A stretch of 64,000 bases of DNA. It comes from Deltaproteobacteria bacterium UBA5758. Its GTDB lineage: Bacteria > Desulfobacterota > Syntrophorhabdia > Syntrophorhabdales > Syntrophorhabdaceae. A program made the position numbers and the translations under genes. Under the pieces are notes generated by a model. The model saw only the letters and a list, made by a program, of their open reading frames with translations, did no database searches and was not told the DNA's origin. Location of the stretch: assembly GCA_002418945.1 (NCBI GenBank), contig DIFC01000013.1:1-64000 (forward strand). Reading direction: 5' to 3'. Numbering within the stretch: the first letter of the stretch is position 1; each line of letters begins with the position of its first letter. Of the stretch, positions 1 through 9,142 are shown one piece after another.

Positions 1-2
1 AG

Positions 3-134
3 ATCGCCCGCATCACTGACTTCTCAGCCTTTTTCTACCTTGGAGAGCTCATCGAGTACGGGACGACGGAAAGGCTTTTCACAACACCGACGATGAAAAA
101 GACAGAAGATTACATCCAGGGAAAGTTCGGATAA
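3..134 (+). CDS. pstB: Phosphate ABC transporter ATP-binding protein, 3' end only (first of two copies)
   Basis: Frame 3 reads [43 protein letters not shown], a typical PstB C-terminus; its TAA overlaps the next ATG (TAATG). Confidence 0.85.
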   Translation: MARITDFSAFFYLGELIEYGTTERLFTTPTMKKTEDYIQGKFG

Positions 135-886
135 TGGATAATTTTGTACTGAAAACAAATGACCTCAACCTCCATTACGGTACATTTCATGCGTTGAAGA
201 ATATCAATTTCAACGTCCACAAGAACTCGATCACCGCGCTTATCGGGCCTTCAGGGTGCGGAAAGTCCACTCTTTTGCGCTGTTTCAACAGGATGAACGA
301 CCTCATCGACGAAATACGCATATCCGGAGACATCTTTGTGAACGACCAAAAGATCGAGGAAGTTGACATCATAGAGCTTCGCAAAAAGGTAGGTATGGTA
401 TTTCAAAGGCCGAACCCCTTCCCGTTCTCCGTATACGAGAACATGGTTTACGGATTGAAGATACATGATCTGGGAAACAAAAGGAAGAAAAGGGAGATCG
501 TGGAAGGCTGCCTGCGTGCCGTCGGCCTCTGGGAAGAATTAAAAGACAAGCTTTCCGTTCCTGCGCTCGACCTCTCCGAGGAGATAAAGCAAAGGCTCTG
601 CATTGCGCGCCTTTTAACCGTCGAGCCAGAGATCATCCTTCTCGATGAACCCTGTTCTGCGCTGGACCCCATTGCAACTATGAGGGTTGAAGAGCTTATG
701 ATGGAGCTGAAGAAGGAGTATACCATACTCATTGTAACGCACAATATGCAGCAGGCAGCGAGGGTATCCGATTACACCGGCTTCATGCTCCTTGGCGATC
801 TCGTGGAGTTCGGCGAGACGCCCCATATATTTACTTCACCGTCAGACGAGAGGACTGAAGGGTATATCACGGGGCGCTTCGGCTAA
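134..886 (+). CDS. pstB: Phosphate ABC transporter ATP-binding protein (second copy)
   Basis: Walker [28 protein letters not shown], Walker [25 protein letters not shown]-terminal YITGRFG; ABC signature is degenerate (LSEEIKQR). Confidence 0.9.
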   Translation: MDNFVLKTNDLNLHYGTFHALKNINFNVHKNSITALIGPSGCGKSTLLRCFNRMNDLIDEIRISGDIFVNDQKIEEVDIIELRKKVGMVFQRPNPFPFSVYENMVYGLKIHDLGNKRKKREIVEGCLRAVGLWEELKDKLSVPALDLSEEIKQRLCIARLLTVEPEIILLDEPCSALDPIATMRVEELMMELKKEYTILIVTHNMQQAARVSDYTGFMLLGDLVEFGETPHIFTSPSDERTEGYITGRFG

Positions 887-890
887 TTCA

Positions 891-964
891 GGCAGTCTTC
901 AGCAGTCAGCAAACAGCTTTCAGCTGAAACAAAAAAGGCTTTTGGCTCGACTGCTGACAGCTAA
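891..964. repeat. Short heptamer-periodic inverted-repeat element (cagc/gctg family)
   Basis: ggcagtcttcagcagtcagcaaacagctttcagctgaaacaaaaaaggcttttggctcgactgctgacagctaa; close copy in reverse orientation at 25807-25879. Confidence 0.75.
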
Positions 965-974
965 CTTAAGGAAA

Positions 975-1036
975 CCAGGATCCAAGGAAAAAAAGGGGGG
1001 GTTGAGGGGTGGTTATTGGAAAACCTTGAATCCTGG
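975..1036 (-). other. 13-bp stem-loop with 36-nt C/U-rich loop between convergent pstB and CoA-transferase genes
   Basis: Arms CCAGGATCCAAGG (975-987) and CCTTGAATCCTGG (1024-1036); the single mismatch is a U-G wobble on the minus-strand RNA. Confidence 0.55.
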
Positions 1037-1048
1037 CAAGAATGTCAT

Positions 1049-2335
1049 TTAAAGAAGGACATGGTAGATTTCGTAGGCCTTTTTCGTTAAATCTTCTCTG
1101 AGATTCGGGTCGGCAATGTTAATAAGTGCTTTCATCCTGTCACGTACCGTTTTACCTTTTAAGGCCGCTATCCCATAGTCGGTTACCACGTAGTCGACGT
1201 CGTTTCGCGATGTCGTAACAGCAGCGCCTGTCTTCAGTACGGGGACAATTCTCGATATTCCGCCTTTTGCTGAGCTTGGCAATGCAATGATCGCCTTCCC
1301 TCCCTGCGATATACGCGCGCCCCTCACAAAATCAACCTGCCCCCCGACACCGCTGAACTGTTTCGGTCCCAGCGTGTCGGCGCATACCTGCCCCAGCAGA
1401 TCGACCTCAAGGGCAGAGTTGATGGCTACCATCTTTTTATTTTGCGCTACTATGTAAGGATTATTTGTGTAATCAACGGTTCTCATCTCAATGATAGGGT
1501 TATCGTCCACCCAGTCGTAAAATTCGCGGGAGCCCATGAGGAAGTTGATAATGATCTTTCCCTTGTGAAGCGTCTTTTGCCTTCCCGTTATGACTCCTTT
1601 TTCGACCAGGTGCTTCACGCCATCTGACACCATTTCCGAGTGTATACCAAGATCCTTGAAGCTGGTAAGGTTTTTTAGAACCGCATCGGGAATCCCGCCG
1701 ATGCCAAGCTGGAGCGTGCAGCCGTCTTCGATGAGTTCGGCAGCATATCTTCCGATATTTTCCTCGATCTCTGTAAGCCTCCCATTTTTTAGTTCGTGGA
1801 TAGGGAGGTTTACTTCAACAAAACAGTCGATCTGCGAAACATGGATAAAGGAATCGCCGTGTGTTCTCGGCATAGTTGGATTAACCTCTGCTATAACCGT
1901 ATGCGCACACTCTACCGCCTTTTTTGTATAATCTACCGAAACGCCAAGGCTGCAGAACCCTTTCTTATCGGGAGGAGATACGGTCACCATCGCCACATCT
2001 ACCGGTAGAACGGTCTCAAAAAGAAAGGGTATTTCACTAAAAAAGTACGGAATATAATCAGCCCCGTTTTCCCAAATTGCTTCCCTCGTCGGCCCTCCTG
2101 TGAAGAGCGCAACATGGCGGAAGCTTCCCGCATATTCAGGCTTGCAATAAAGGGCTTCCCCCATGGGAACCATATGAATGATCTCCACACCCTTGATCTC
2201 ATCCACTCTCTTCATAAGCGCGCCGGGAAGGACCAGGGGCTCTCCGGCCGCATGTGAGAATACAACTCTATCCCCTGACTTTACCCTTTTGACCGCCTCG
2301 TCGGCAGTACAGATCTTTTCCCGGTAATGGTTCAT
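1049..2335 (-). CDS. abfT: Acetyl-CoA hydrolase/transferase family protein, probable 4-hydroxybutyrate CoA-transferase
   Basis: TLQLGIGGIP, LGIHSEM (catalytic Glu), QFSGVGGQVDFVRGA, VVTDYGIA motifs; in operon with abfD. Confidence 0.8.
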   Translation of the reverse strand: MNHYREKICTADEAVKRVKSGDRVVFSHAAGEPLVLPGALMKRVDEIKGVEIIHMVPMGEALYCKPEYAGSFRHVALFTGGPTREAIWENGADYIPYFFSEIPFLFETVLPVDVAMVTVSPPDKKGFCSLGVSVDYTKKAVECAHTVIAEVNPTMPRTHGDSFIHVSQIDCFVEVNLPIHELKNGRLTEIEENIGRYAAELIEDGCTLQLGIGGIPDAVLKNLTSFKDLGIHSEMVSDGVKHLVEKGVITGRQKTLHKGKIIINFLMGSREFYDWVDDNPIIEMRTVDYTNNPYIVAQNKKMVAINSALEVDLLGQVCADTLGPKQFSGVGGQVDFVRGARISQGGKAIIALPSSAKGGISRIVPVLKTGAAVTTSRNDVDYVVTDYGIAALKGKTVRDRMKALINIADPNLREDLTKKAYEIYHVLL

Positions 2336-2574
2336 TCCTTCCCTCCTTTATCAACGCGTCGGCTCTCTTGCTCGAACACTTCACGTACAAACAGATCTAA
2401 CCTCTTTTGTGTAAGATCTGATTTCATCTTTTTCGTCATGCACATCCTGGAACATCCGTTGACGCATATAAGCACATCGTCATCTGTCTCTGAAGCTATC
2501 TTTTCCACAGCCTTTCTTATCTTTCGCGGATCCACCTCTGGATTGCAGTTGCCGCAATACTTCACACGTCCCAT
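2332..2574 (-). CDS. Small Cys-rich hypothetical protein
   Basis: 80 aa with KYCGNCNP and CVNGCSRMC; stop overlaps the abfT start (ATGA). Confidence 0.7.
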   Translation of the reverse strand: MGRVKYCGNCNPEVDPRKIRKAVEKIASETDDDVLICVNGCSRMCMTKKMKSDLTQKRLDLFVREVFEQESRRVDKGGKE

Positions 2575-2597
2575 GGATCTATCCAGAGTTTAGTTCG

Positions 2598-4052
2598 TCA
2601 ACCCTTCCTGATGCCTGCCAGTTCCTCTGCCAGCTCTGCCTTGCGATCGAAGTTCGCCAGCCTGCCTATCATTATCTTCTGCGCCTGCGGGGACCCCGCT
2701 CCATGGAGCGACTCCGTAAGATATCCCACGGCGCCCATCCCGAGTGTAAGGTTCTCTATCAATCTCTGCATCCTGCACCGGTCCTCCGTGCTGTATGCTG
2801 CTGCGCTCTTGAAATACTTCTCAAGGTACTTGCCTATATCGGGGTTTTTAAAATCCTGCTCTCCGGGCAGGGTAACGACAAGCCCTCCTGCAATGTCCTG
2901 GGCCAGCCTGGAGATCAGGTACGGAAGGTGCGTTACATGAAGTTTGCACACGTTTGCCAGCATCAGATCGATAAGATATGTTCCTGAAGAGGTGGGTCTT
3001 CCTTCTGCCGAGCATGCCACTCCGCAGGCATATATCGTTTCGTTCAAATGTGTCATCTCTACCAGCTTGTCCTTTACGTGCGATGCCTTTTCAATGCCCT
3101 GTATCTTCGAGATGGCCTGGGCAGCCCCAATCAAGACGTCCCCCACTCCGCTTTTGCATCCGCCGTAGCTCTGTCTGTGGTATCCTGCAAACCTCTCTAC
3201 GAGCGCTCCTGAGTATTGATATTCACCGCACATAAAAACTCTCTCCCAAGGCACGAAAACATCATTGAAGACGATGAGCGCCTCCTGCCCGCCGAACATT
3301 GCGTTGCCCACATCTATGTCGCCCTCTTCGAGCCTTCTCGTATCGCAAGACTGCCTCCCGTAGATATAGAGTATGCCTTGGGCATCGGCAGGCACCGCAA
3401 AAGAAACGGCGTAATCCTTGTCCGCCTCCCGCATCGTCTGGGTGGGCATAACAAGTATCTCATGGGAATTTACCGCCCCTGTCTGATGGGCCTTTGCCCC
3501 TCTGATAACTATTCCGTTAGGCTTTCTTTCCGCAATGCGGACAAATTGATCGGGGTCCTTCTGCTCTGAAGGGGCAAGCCTTCTGTCGCCTTTCGTGTCC
3601 GTCATGGCCCCGTCCACAACAAGGTCATTCTCCTGCACATACTCAAGGTACGCCCGGAACCTCTTGTTGTAGTCCGTTCCGAGTTCCTGGTCCATCTCAT
3701 AGGTGACGGAATCGACTGCGTTGAAGCCGTCAAAGCCTACGCACCGCTGAAAGCAGCAGCCGGTCTTCTGGCCCAGCACCCTCTGCATCTTGACCTTTTT
3801 GATAAGGTCTTCGGCGCTCTGATGGAGGTGCGTGAAGCGGTTGATCTTTTTCCCGGTCAGGCTCGATGTGGCCGTAAGTAGCTCCTCGTGCTCAGGCTGC
3901 GTCGAGAGCTCATAGGTCATGGCGCAGGAATTTATCGAAGGTCGTATGATAGGGTGGTCAACGTAATTCTCCAGAAGTTCGCCGCCGAGATAAACGCGCT
4001 TTTCAACCTTTCTCAGACTCTCAATATATGCTTCAGAGGTCATAAGTGCCAT
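2598..4052 (-). CDS. abfD: 4-hydroxybutyryl-CoA dehydratase / vinylacetyl-CoA isomerase
   Basis: Fe-S and catalytic motifs CFQRCVG, QEALIVF, HRQSYGGCK, ESLHGAGS; start moved to ATG 4052 behind RBS AAGGAGG. Confidence 0.92.
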   Translation of the reverse strand: MALMTSEAYIESLRKVEKRVYLGGELLENYVDHPIIRPSINSCAMTYELSTQPEHEELLTATSSLTGKKINRFTHLHQSAEDLIKKVKMQRVLGQKTGCCFQRCVGFDGFNAVDSVTYEMDQELGTDYNKRFRAYLEYVQENDLVVDGAMTDTKGDRRLAPSEQKDPDQFVRIAERKPNGIVIRGAKAHQTGAVNSHEILVMPTQTMREADKDYAVSFAVPADAQGILYIYGRQSCDTRRLEEGDIDVGNAMFGGQEALIVFNDVFVPWERVFMCGEYQYSGALVERFAGYHRQSYGGCKSGVGDVLIGAAQAISKIQGIEKASHVKDKLVEMTHLNETIYACGVACSAEGRPTSSGTYLIDLMLANVCKLHVTHLPYLISRLAQDIAGGLVVTLPGEQDFKNPDIGKYLEKYFKSAAAYSTEDRCRMQRLIENLTLGMGAVGYLTESLHGAGSPQAQKIMIGRLANFDRKAELAEELAGIRKG

Positions 4053-4088
4053 AACATCCTCCTTTGCTGATTTTCTGATAACTGACAA

Positions 4089-4104
4089 AGCAATTTATAT
4101 GCCA
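4089..4104 (-). promoter_or_regulatory. Sigma54 (-24/-12) promoter of abfD operon
   Basis: Minus strand TGGCATATAAATTGCT matches TGGCAY-N5-TTGCW; identical copy at 8998-9013. Confidence 0.85.
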
Positions 4105-4285
4105 CCGGGAAAACCGTTGAGCGTTAGGCTTAAGGCGTAAGGGTAATAAAATATAAAATGACATAACGTCATGAATTAACAAGATATTTTTGTTAATAAG
4201 CATCTGAATGTATTTCTTTTTTTCCTGACAACCGCCATCCTCTATGGCATTCCGTGCACACTGGCATACAAAGATGAATTATGCC

Positions 4286-4301
4286 GATGCATTGTTGCAT
4301 C
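4286..4301. promoter_or_regulatory. Putative upstream activator site for the sigma54 activator
   Basis: Palindrome GATGCA-TTGT-TGCATC; same arms at 9098-9113. Confidence 0.65.
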
Positions 4302-4381
4302 AGCACGACTTTCAGTAAGAGCATTTTCCCGTTCTATGTTGCGACATAGGATAAGCAAACTACGATATACGGCGGATTTAT

Positions 4382-5092
4382 CTACACTGCAAGATACTGC
4401 TTCTTGATCGCGTCATCCCCTTTAAAGGTCTCGATATCGGATTCGTATCTGATATGCCCCTTATCGATGATGGCAACGCGGTCTGAAACGGCCATGGCGA
4501 ACTTGATGTTCTGTTCTGACAGGAGGATCGTTGTTCCGACATCTTTGAGTTTAAGGACAAGGTCTTTCAGGGTCTTTACCATTACGGGGCTTAAGCCCTC
4601 GGTAGGCTCGTCAAGAAGAAGCACAAGCGGGTTCCCCATGAGGGTTCTCGCTATGGTAAGCATCTGCTGCTCGCCTCCGGACAGGGTCCCGCCCGGCCGT
4701 GTCTGGAAATCCTTCAAAACAGGGAAGAACTCGTACACAAGGTCAAGGTTCCAGATGCCTTTTCTTTCCTTACCCATTGCCGTACCAAGGATCAGATTCT
4801 CCTTCACGGTGAGAGGCCCGAATATCTTGCGGTCCTCAGGTACAAGGCCGAGGCCAAGACGTGCAGTCTTGTAAGGTTTCATTCCGGTAATATCTTTACC
4901 CTTGAAATAGACCTTTCCTTTTTTCGGCACGATATCCATAACGAGGGTTTTGAAGGTTGTGCTCTTGCCGGCGCCGTTCCGTCCCATGAGGCAGAGCGTC
5001 TCTCCTTCACGTACCGTAAAGCTGACGTCGAACAGTATGTGGCTCTTGCCGTAATAGGAATTGATCTTGTCTGCAACGAGGATGTCGGCCAT
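4382..5092 (-). CDS. livF: Liv-type ABC transporter ATP-binding protein (LivF-like)
   Basis: GRNGAGKST, LSGGEQQML, LLLDEPTEGL, SEQN; start set to MADIL. Confidence 0.88.
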   Translation of the reverse strand: MADILVADKINSYYGKSHILFDVSFTVREGETLCLMGRNGAGKSTTFKTLVMDIVPKKGKVYFKGKDITGMKPYKTARLGLGLVPEDRKIFGPLTVKENLILGTAMGKERKGIWNLDLVYEFFPVLKDFQTRPGGTLSGGEQQMLTIARTLMGNPLVLLLDEPTEGLSPVMVKTLKDLVLKLKDVGTTILLSEQNIKFAMAVSDRVAIIDKGHIRYESDIETFKGDDAIKKQYLAV

Positions 5093-5093
5093 T

Positions 5094-5849
5094 TTATAGC
5101 ACCTCTTTTCCAAGATAGGCTTCAATTACTGTCTCGTGATTGCGTATGTAATCCGGCGGGCCTTCAGCGATAAGCTGGCCCTGGACAAGGACCCTGATGA
5201 TCTCCGCGATACCGAAGACCATATCCATGTCGTGCTCGATAAAGATTGTCGTCAACTGAAAAAACTCATGAAGCTCTTTCAGGAGGCCCATCATCTTTAT
5301 CCTTTCATCAGGGGCCATCCCGGCAGTCGGTTCATCGAGGAGCAGTATCCTGGGCTGCAGCGTGAGTGCTATTGCTATATCGAGCACCTTCATATCGCCA
5401 TGTGATAATTCCGAGGCCTTCAGGTCCTTACAATTATAAAGCCCTATTTTGTTCAGTATAAATTCTGAGTGTTCACGGGCGTCTTTAAAGGCCATCCTGT
5501 TTATAAAGATCTTTGCATTCTTCTGAAAGTGAGCGAGAGACGCCAGGTATATATTGTCGTAAACTGACTCTTCCAGGAAAACGCTTGCCACCTGGAAGGC
5601 CCGTACCATCCCAAGCTTAACAATAGTCTCGGGTCTCGCCTTCGTTATGTCCTGGCCTTCATATATCACTGTCCCGTCATCGGAAGGAATAAAACCTGTT
5701 ATCAGGTTGAAAAAGGTCGTTTTTCCTGCCCCGTTGGGCCCGATGATCGCCGACATCTCGCCTTTCCTGAAGCCGATATTCACATGGTTGGTAACATGTA
5801 TACCGCCGAAATGCTTGTTAAGGTTTTTAATTTCCAGAATTGCAGGCAA
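5094..5849 (-). CDS. livG: Liv-type ABC transporter ATP-binding protein (LivG-like)
   Basis: GPNGAGKTT, LSHGD, LLLDEPTAGM, IEHDM, C-terminal EAYLG. Confidence 0.88.
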   Translation of the reverse strand: MPAILEIKNLNKHFGGIHVTNHVNIGFRKGEMSAIIGPNGAGKTTFFNLITGFIPSDDGTVIYEGQDITKARPETIVKLGMVRAFQVASVFLEESVYDNIYLASLAHFQKNAKIFINRMAFKDAREHSEFILNKIGLYNCKDLKASELSHGDMKVLDIAIALTLQPRILLLDEPTAGMAPDERIKMMGLLKELHEFFQLTTIFIEHDMDMVFGIAEIIRVLVQGQLIAEGPPDYIRNHETVIEAYLGKEVL

Positions 5850-6798
5850 CCTCTGTCTCCTTTTCCTCGTTGTTTTTGCTGCCGCCGAGCCTTTTGATCC
5901 CTAGCACGCCGTTAGGGAACAGAAGGACAACTATAAGGACCACGAGGCCGATATAGAATGACCAGTACTCGGTATATTTTCCCACTATCTCTTCCAATCC
6001 CGTAAGTATCCCTGCGCCCACAACGGGACCGAAGAATGTACCCATGCCGCCGATGGTCGCCATGAGTATCGCGTTTCCGGACGTCGGCCAATGCAGCATA
6101 TCGGGATGAATGCTCCCGTCAAGTCCTGCATAGAGCCCGCCGGCTATGCCTGCGAAGAATGCCGATATGACAAATGCCTTCAATTGGTTCTTGTACACGT
6201 TCAGGCCGAGGAATGTGATCCTCTGCGGATTCTGCCTGATGCTGTTTAGAACAGTGCCGAAGGGCGATCTCCTGATCCTCCACAGTATGTATATACAAAT
6301 GGTTACCACAACGAAGCTGAAGAGATAATATTTCGTTACACCTCCGCTTAACAACGCCGGCTTTGCTATCGCCTGAATGCCGTCGTCACCGCCTGTGAAG
6401 TGGTAGAGCTTGAAGGTCAGGCCCCATACCAGCTGGGCAAAGGCCAGCGTCAGCATGGTGAAATATATGCCTGTTAATCTCAACGTCAAAAGCCCGATGA
6501 AAAAAGAGACAAAAGCCGCACCAACGGCTCCCAGCAGTATATAAAGGAGAAAAAACTCAGGGCTTGTTGCCTTGACAAGCATGCCGGTAATATATGCGCC
6601 GACACCATAAAAGAGAGCATGCCCGAAGGATACAAGGCCTGTTGTTCCGTAGAGAAGATTGAACGCTACGGCATAAAGGCTGAAGATGATGACCCTTGCG
6701 ACAAGATGGATATAGTGTGTTCCGGGATTGACAACAACTATCCCGAGAAAGAACACGAAATAAACGATCCAGGGCAGATAATCTTTTATCTTTTTCAA
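5827..6798 (-). CDS. livM: Liv-type ABC transporter permease (LivM-like)
   Basis: Hydrophobic; GLVSFGHALFYGVGAY, YFTMLTLAFAQ, TGGDDG, GGMGTFFGP. Confidence 0.88.
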   Translation of the reverse strand: MKKIKDYLPWIVYFVFFLGIVVVNPGTHYIHLVARVIIFSLYAVAFNLLYGTTGLVSFGHALFYGVGAYITGMLVKATSPEFFLLYILLGAVGAAFVSFFIGLLTLRLTGIYFTMLTLAFAQLVWGLTFKLYHFTGGDDGIQAIAKPALLSGGVTKYYLFSFVVVTICIYILWRIRRSPFGTVLNSIRQNPQRITFLGLNVYKNQLKAFVISAFFAGIAGGLYAGLDGSIHPDMLHWPTSGNAILMATIGGMGTFFGPVVGAGILTGLEEIVGKYTEYWSFYIGLVVLIVVLLFPNGVLGIKRLGGSKNNEEKETEVACNSGN

Positions 6799-6802
6799 GG
6801 CG

Positions 6803-7687
6803 CTATTTCCTCCCTACCGCTCTTTTCGCAAGAAGCCCTTCAGGTTTTACGATCAGTACTATGATCATGACGATAAAGGTGAGGACCGTGGCAAGTTCCG
6901 GCATCCAGAGGATCCCGAAAGAGAGTACCTCGCCGATGATGAGCGCGCCCAGCAGGGCGCCCCAGAAATTGCCGAATCCCCCGATCACCACCACGATCAT
7001 GGAGTCGATAATAAATTCGACGCCTGCGCCGGGCGTAACGGTCCTTAACGGCGCTGCCAGCACGCCGGCAAGGCCGCCCATCGCCGTAGCCACCCCAAAT
7101 ACAAGCGTCATGATCATGGGAACATTCGTCCCCAGAAGGCCGAGCATGATCCTGTCAAGGGATGATGCCCTGACCGTCTTACCGGTGTCGGTCTTCGTGA
7201 GAAAATACCACGCGAAGAGGACAACAAGCAGGCCTACGATAATGATGAAAATGTTATAGGTCGGAACCGTTACCGAACCTATGTTCAAAGAGCCCACAAG
7301 GGAAGCAGGCTTAGGTATGGTCTTGTATTCTGTGCCCCAGATAAACTTTACCACATCGTCGAGGATAAGGATGAACGCGAAGGTCATAAGCAATTGAAAG
7401 GCCCCTTCTTGCGCCCTGCCGTAGATGCGCCTGAGAAAGAGGAACTCGATGATCATCCCCACTATCCCCGCGCCGACAGCCCCAACAAGCAGCCCTACCC
7501 AGAAGTTGTCGAATAGCTGCATGAGCTGATAGGCGAAATAGGTGCCGAGGAGATAGAATGAACCGTGAGCGAAGTTCAGGACGTTCACCACCCCGAAGAT
7601 AAGGGTAAGGCCGCTGGAGATGAGGAAGAGCAACATGGCAGTGGAAAGCCCGCTTAAAAACTGCGCGATGAAAGTATTGATATCCAT
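6803..7687 (-). CDS. livH: Liv-type ABC transporter permease (LivH-like)
   Basis: GLTLIFGVVNVLNFAHG, VVVIGGFGNFWGA, KPEGL. Confidence 0.88.
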   Translation of the reverse strand: MDINTFIAQFLSGLSTAMLLFLISSGLTLIFGVVNVLNFAHGSFYLLGTYFAYQLMQLFDNFWVGLLVGAVGAGIVGMIIEFLFLRRIYGRAQEGAFQLLMTFAFILILDDVVKFIWGTEYKTIPKPASLVGSLNIGSVTVPTYNIFIIIVGLLVVLFAWYFLTKTDTGKTVRASSLDRIMLGLLGTNVPMIMTLVFGVATAMGGLAGVLAAPLRTVTPGAGVEFIIDSMIVVVIGGFGNFWGALLGALIIGEVLSFGILWMPELATVLTFIVMIIVLIVKPEGLLAKRAVGRK

Positions 7688-7715
7688 AACCTAAGCCCTG
7701 CTCCCTTTACTGAGT

Positions 7716-8960
7716 TTATTTACCTTTTACCTTTGTCATATAATCGATATATTCAAAGCTTGGCCACAGCTTGTCGGCCGGATATACCTTGAAGTTACCA
7801 AGCATGTACTTCGCCGGCGGGAACTTGTCGTTCTTTACCGTCGTGCCGATGGCCTGGACCTGGACGATCTGGTGCGTCTTCGGATCGATATAGGAGGTAA
7901 ATCCCTGGGGATCTTCGGGACACTGGATCTTCATGCCTTCCAGGGCTTTGACAAGCGCTTCTGTGTCGTTGGCATTGCCGACCTTCCTTATCGCCTCGGC
8001 GATCATGTGGACACCCACATAGGCTCCTTCTGCAGCATATGACGGGTACCTGCCTGCTGCCTTGTAGAACTTATCAACGTAGGTCTTGTTCGCCGGCGTC
8101 TCGGGCCAGTTGTTGTGGTGGCGTGCGGACATGATGATCCCCGCAGGCATATCTGCTCCGAGGCCTGCAAGCGCCTCATAGTTGCCGCCTGCGTCGACAT
8201 GAAAATATTTCATCTTGCCGAAAAGGCCGTACGGTTTTGCCTGTTTGATAAAGGCCACAGTGTCTCCACCCCACATGCCGTTTACCAGAACGTCGGGGGC
8301 AGCCTTCATGATTGCGGTAATGTAGGATGTATAGTCAGGCTCGTAAAGCTTCGGCCAGTATTCGCCAACAACCTCATACTTGACACCCAGCTTGTCCAGG
8401 CCCCATTTCAGCTCCATCCACTGGTCTCTACCGTATGCGTAATCAGGGCCGATGTAGGCGATCTTCTTCCAGTTCTTCACCTCGTCTTTCAGGTAATATG
8501 CCCCTGCCATCATGGATTGAAAGGTGTTATTTGCGCTTCTGAAATAGTATTTCTGGAACTTGTTTGCTGTCAGGTCGGTTCCTGCGTGGTCGGTGCCTAC
8601 GAAAATGACCTTATGCTCTTTGCTTACCTCTGTGACCGCAAGGCCGATCGCTGTAGATATGATGCCGAAGAGAAATTTGCATTTTTCATCGGTGATATAC
8701 CTCTTTGCCACGCTGACCGCATACTGCGGGTTCTTGTCATCGGTGATGATCACATCCAGCTTGGCGCCGCCCGGCAGCCCTTTCGCATTGACCTCGTCAA
8801 GGGCTATCTTGATAGCAACCTCCGAGTCCTTTCCATACTGGCCTCCGCGGCCGGTCATTGTGTAGAGCGCGCCGATCTTGATCGTCTCAGCAGCCTGCAC
8901 GGCAGCAAATGGAATCAGGATGGCCGCAATGATGAATAACGAAATAATCTTATGCTTCAT
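7716..8960 (-). CDS. Liv-type ABC transporter periplasmic substrate-binding protein
   Basis: Signal peptide MKHKIISLFIIAAILIPFAAVQA, ETIKIG, PDYAYG; RBS AAGGAGG before ATG 8960 (ORF-track start lies inside the promoter). Confidence 0.88.
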   Translation of the reverse strand: MKHKIISLFIIAAILIPFAAVQAAETIKIGALYTMTGRGGQYGKDSEVAIKIALDEVNAKGLPGGAKLDVIITDDKNPQYAVSVAKRYITDEKCKFLFGIISTAIGLAVTEVSKEHKVIFVGTDHAGTDLTANKFQKYYFRSANNTFQSMMAGAYYLKDEVKNWKKIAYIGPDYAYGRDQWMELKWGLDKLGVKYEVVGEYWPKLYEPDYTSYITAIMKAAPDVLVNGMWGGDTVAFIKQAKPYGLFGKMKYFHVDAGGNYEALAGLGADMPAGIIMSARHHNNWPETPANKTYVDKFYKAAGRYPSYAAEGAYVGVHMIAEAIRKVGNANDTEALVKALEGMKIQCPEDPQGFTSYIDPKTHQIVQVQAIGTTVKNDKFPPAKYMLGNFKVYPADKLWPSFEYIDYMTKVKGK

Positions 8961-8997
8961 GTGAACCTCCTTATGATTTATTGAATGATCGACATAA

Positions 8998-9013
8998 AGC
9001 AATTTATATGCCA
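8998..9013 (-). promoter_or_regulatory. Sigma54 (-24/-12) promoter of transporter operon
   Basis: TGGCATATAAATTGCT on minus strand; part of an 18-bp identity with the abfD promoter. Confidence 0.85.
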
Positions 9014-9041
9014 TAGGGCCGTAATCTTATAAAACTCATAA

Positions 9042-9054
9042 AATCAATTAATTA
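9042..9054 (+). promoter_or_regulatory. Putative IHF binding site
   Basis: AATCAA-TTAA-TTA matches WATCAA-N4-TTR and lies between the activator site and the sigma54 promoter. Confidence 0.55.
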
Positions 9055-9095
9055 CGACAATTTTACCATGAACGGCACAACACTCGGGTTAACAT

Positions 9096-9125
9096 ATGAT
9101 GCAATTTTGCATCATTTTGATGCAA
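9096..9125. promoter_or_regulatory. Putative upstream activator sites (three half-sites)
   Basis: ATGATGCAA-TT-TTGCATCAT palindrome overlapping TTGCATCA-TTT-TGATGCAA. Confidence 0.7.
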
Positions 9126-9142
9126 TAAGAAATCGCACAAGG

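Noticed and set aside
2598..4052. 4-hydroxyphenylacetate 3-hydroxylase
   Set aside because: Same fold family, but the AbfD Fe-S ligands and the CoA-transferase neighbour identify a dehydratase
8115..8939. 274-aa plus-strand ORF and similar long antisense ORFs (62232-63140, 54325-55020, 36583-37215, 24508-25221)
   Set aside because: They overlap well-supported genes on the opposite strand and are explained by codon bias
8961..9014. Extended N-termini from the ORF track (also abfD 4053-4088, 48266-48442, 52811-52855, 10566-10679)
   Set aside because: They run through promoters or lack an RBS; downstream ATGs have clear SD sequences
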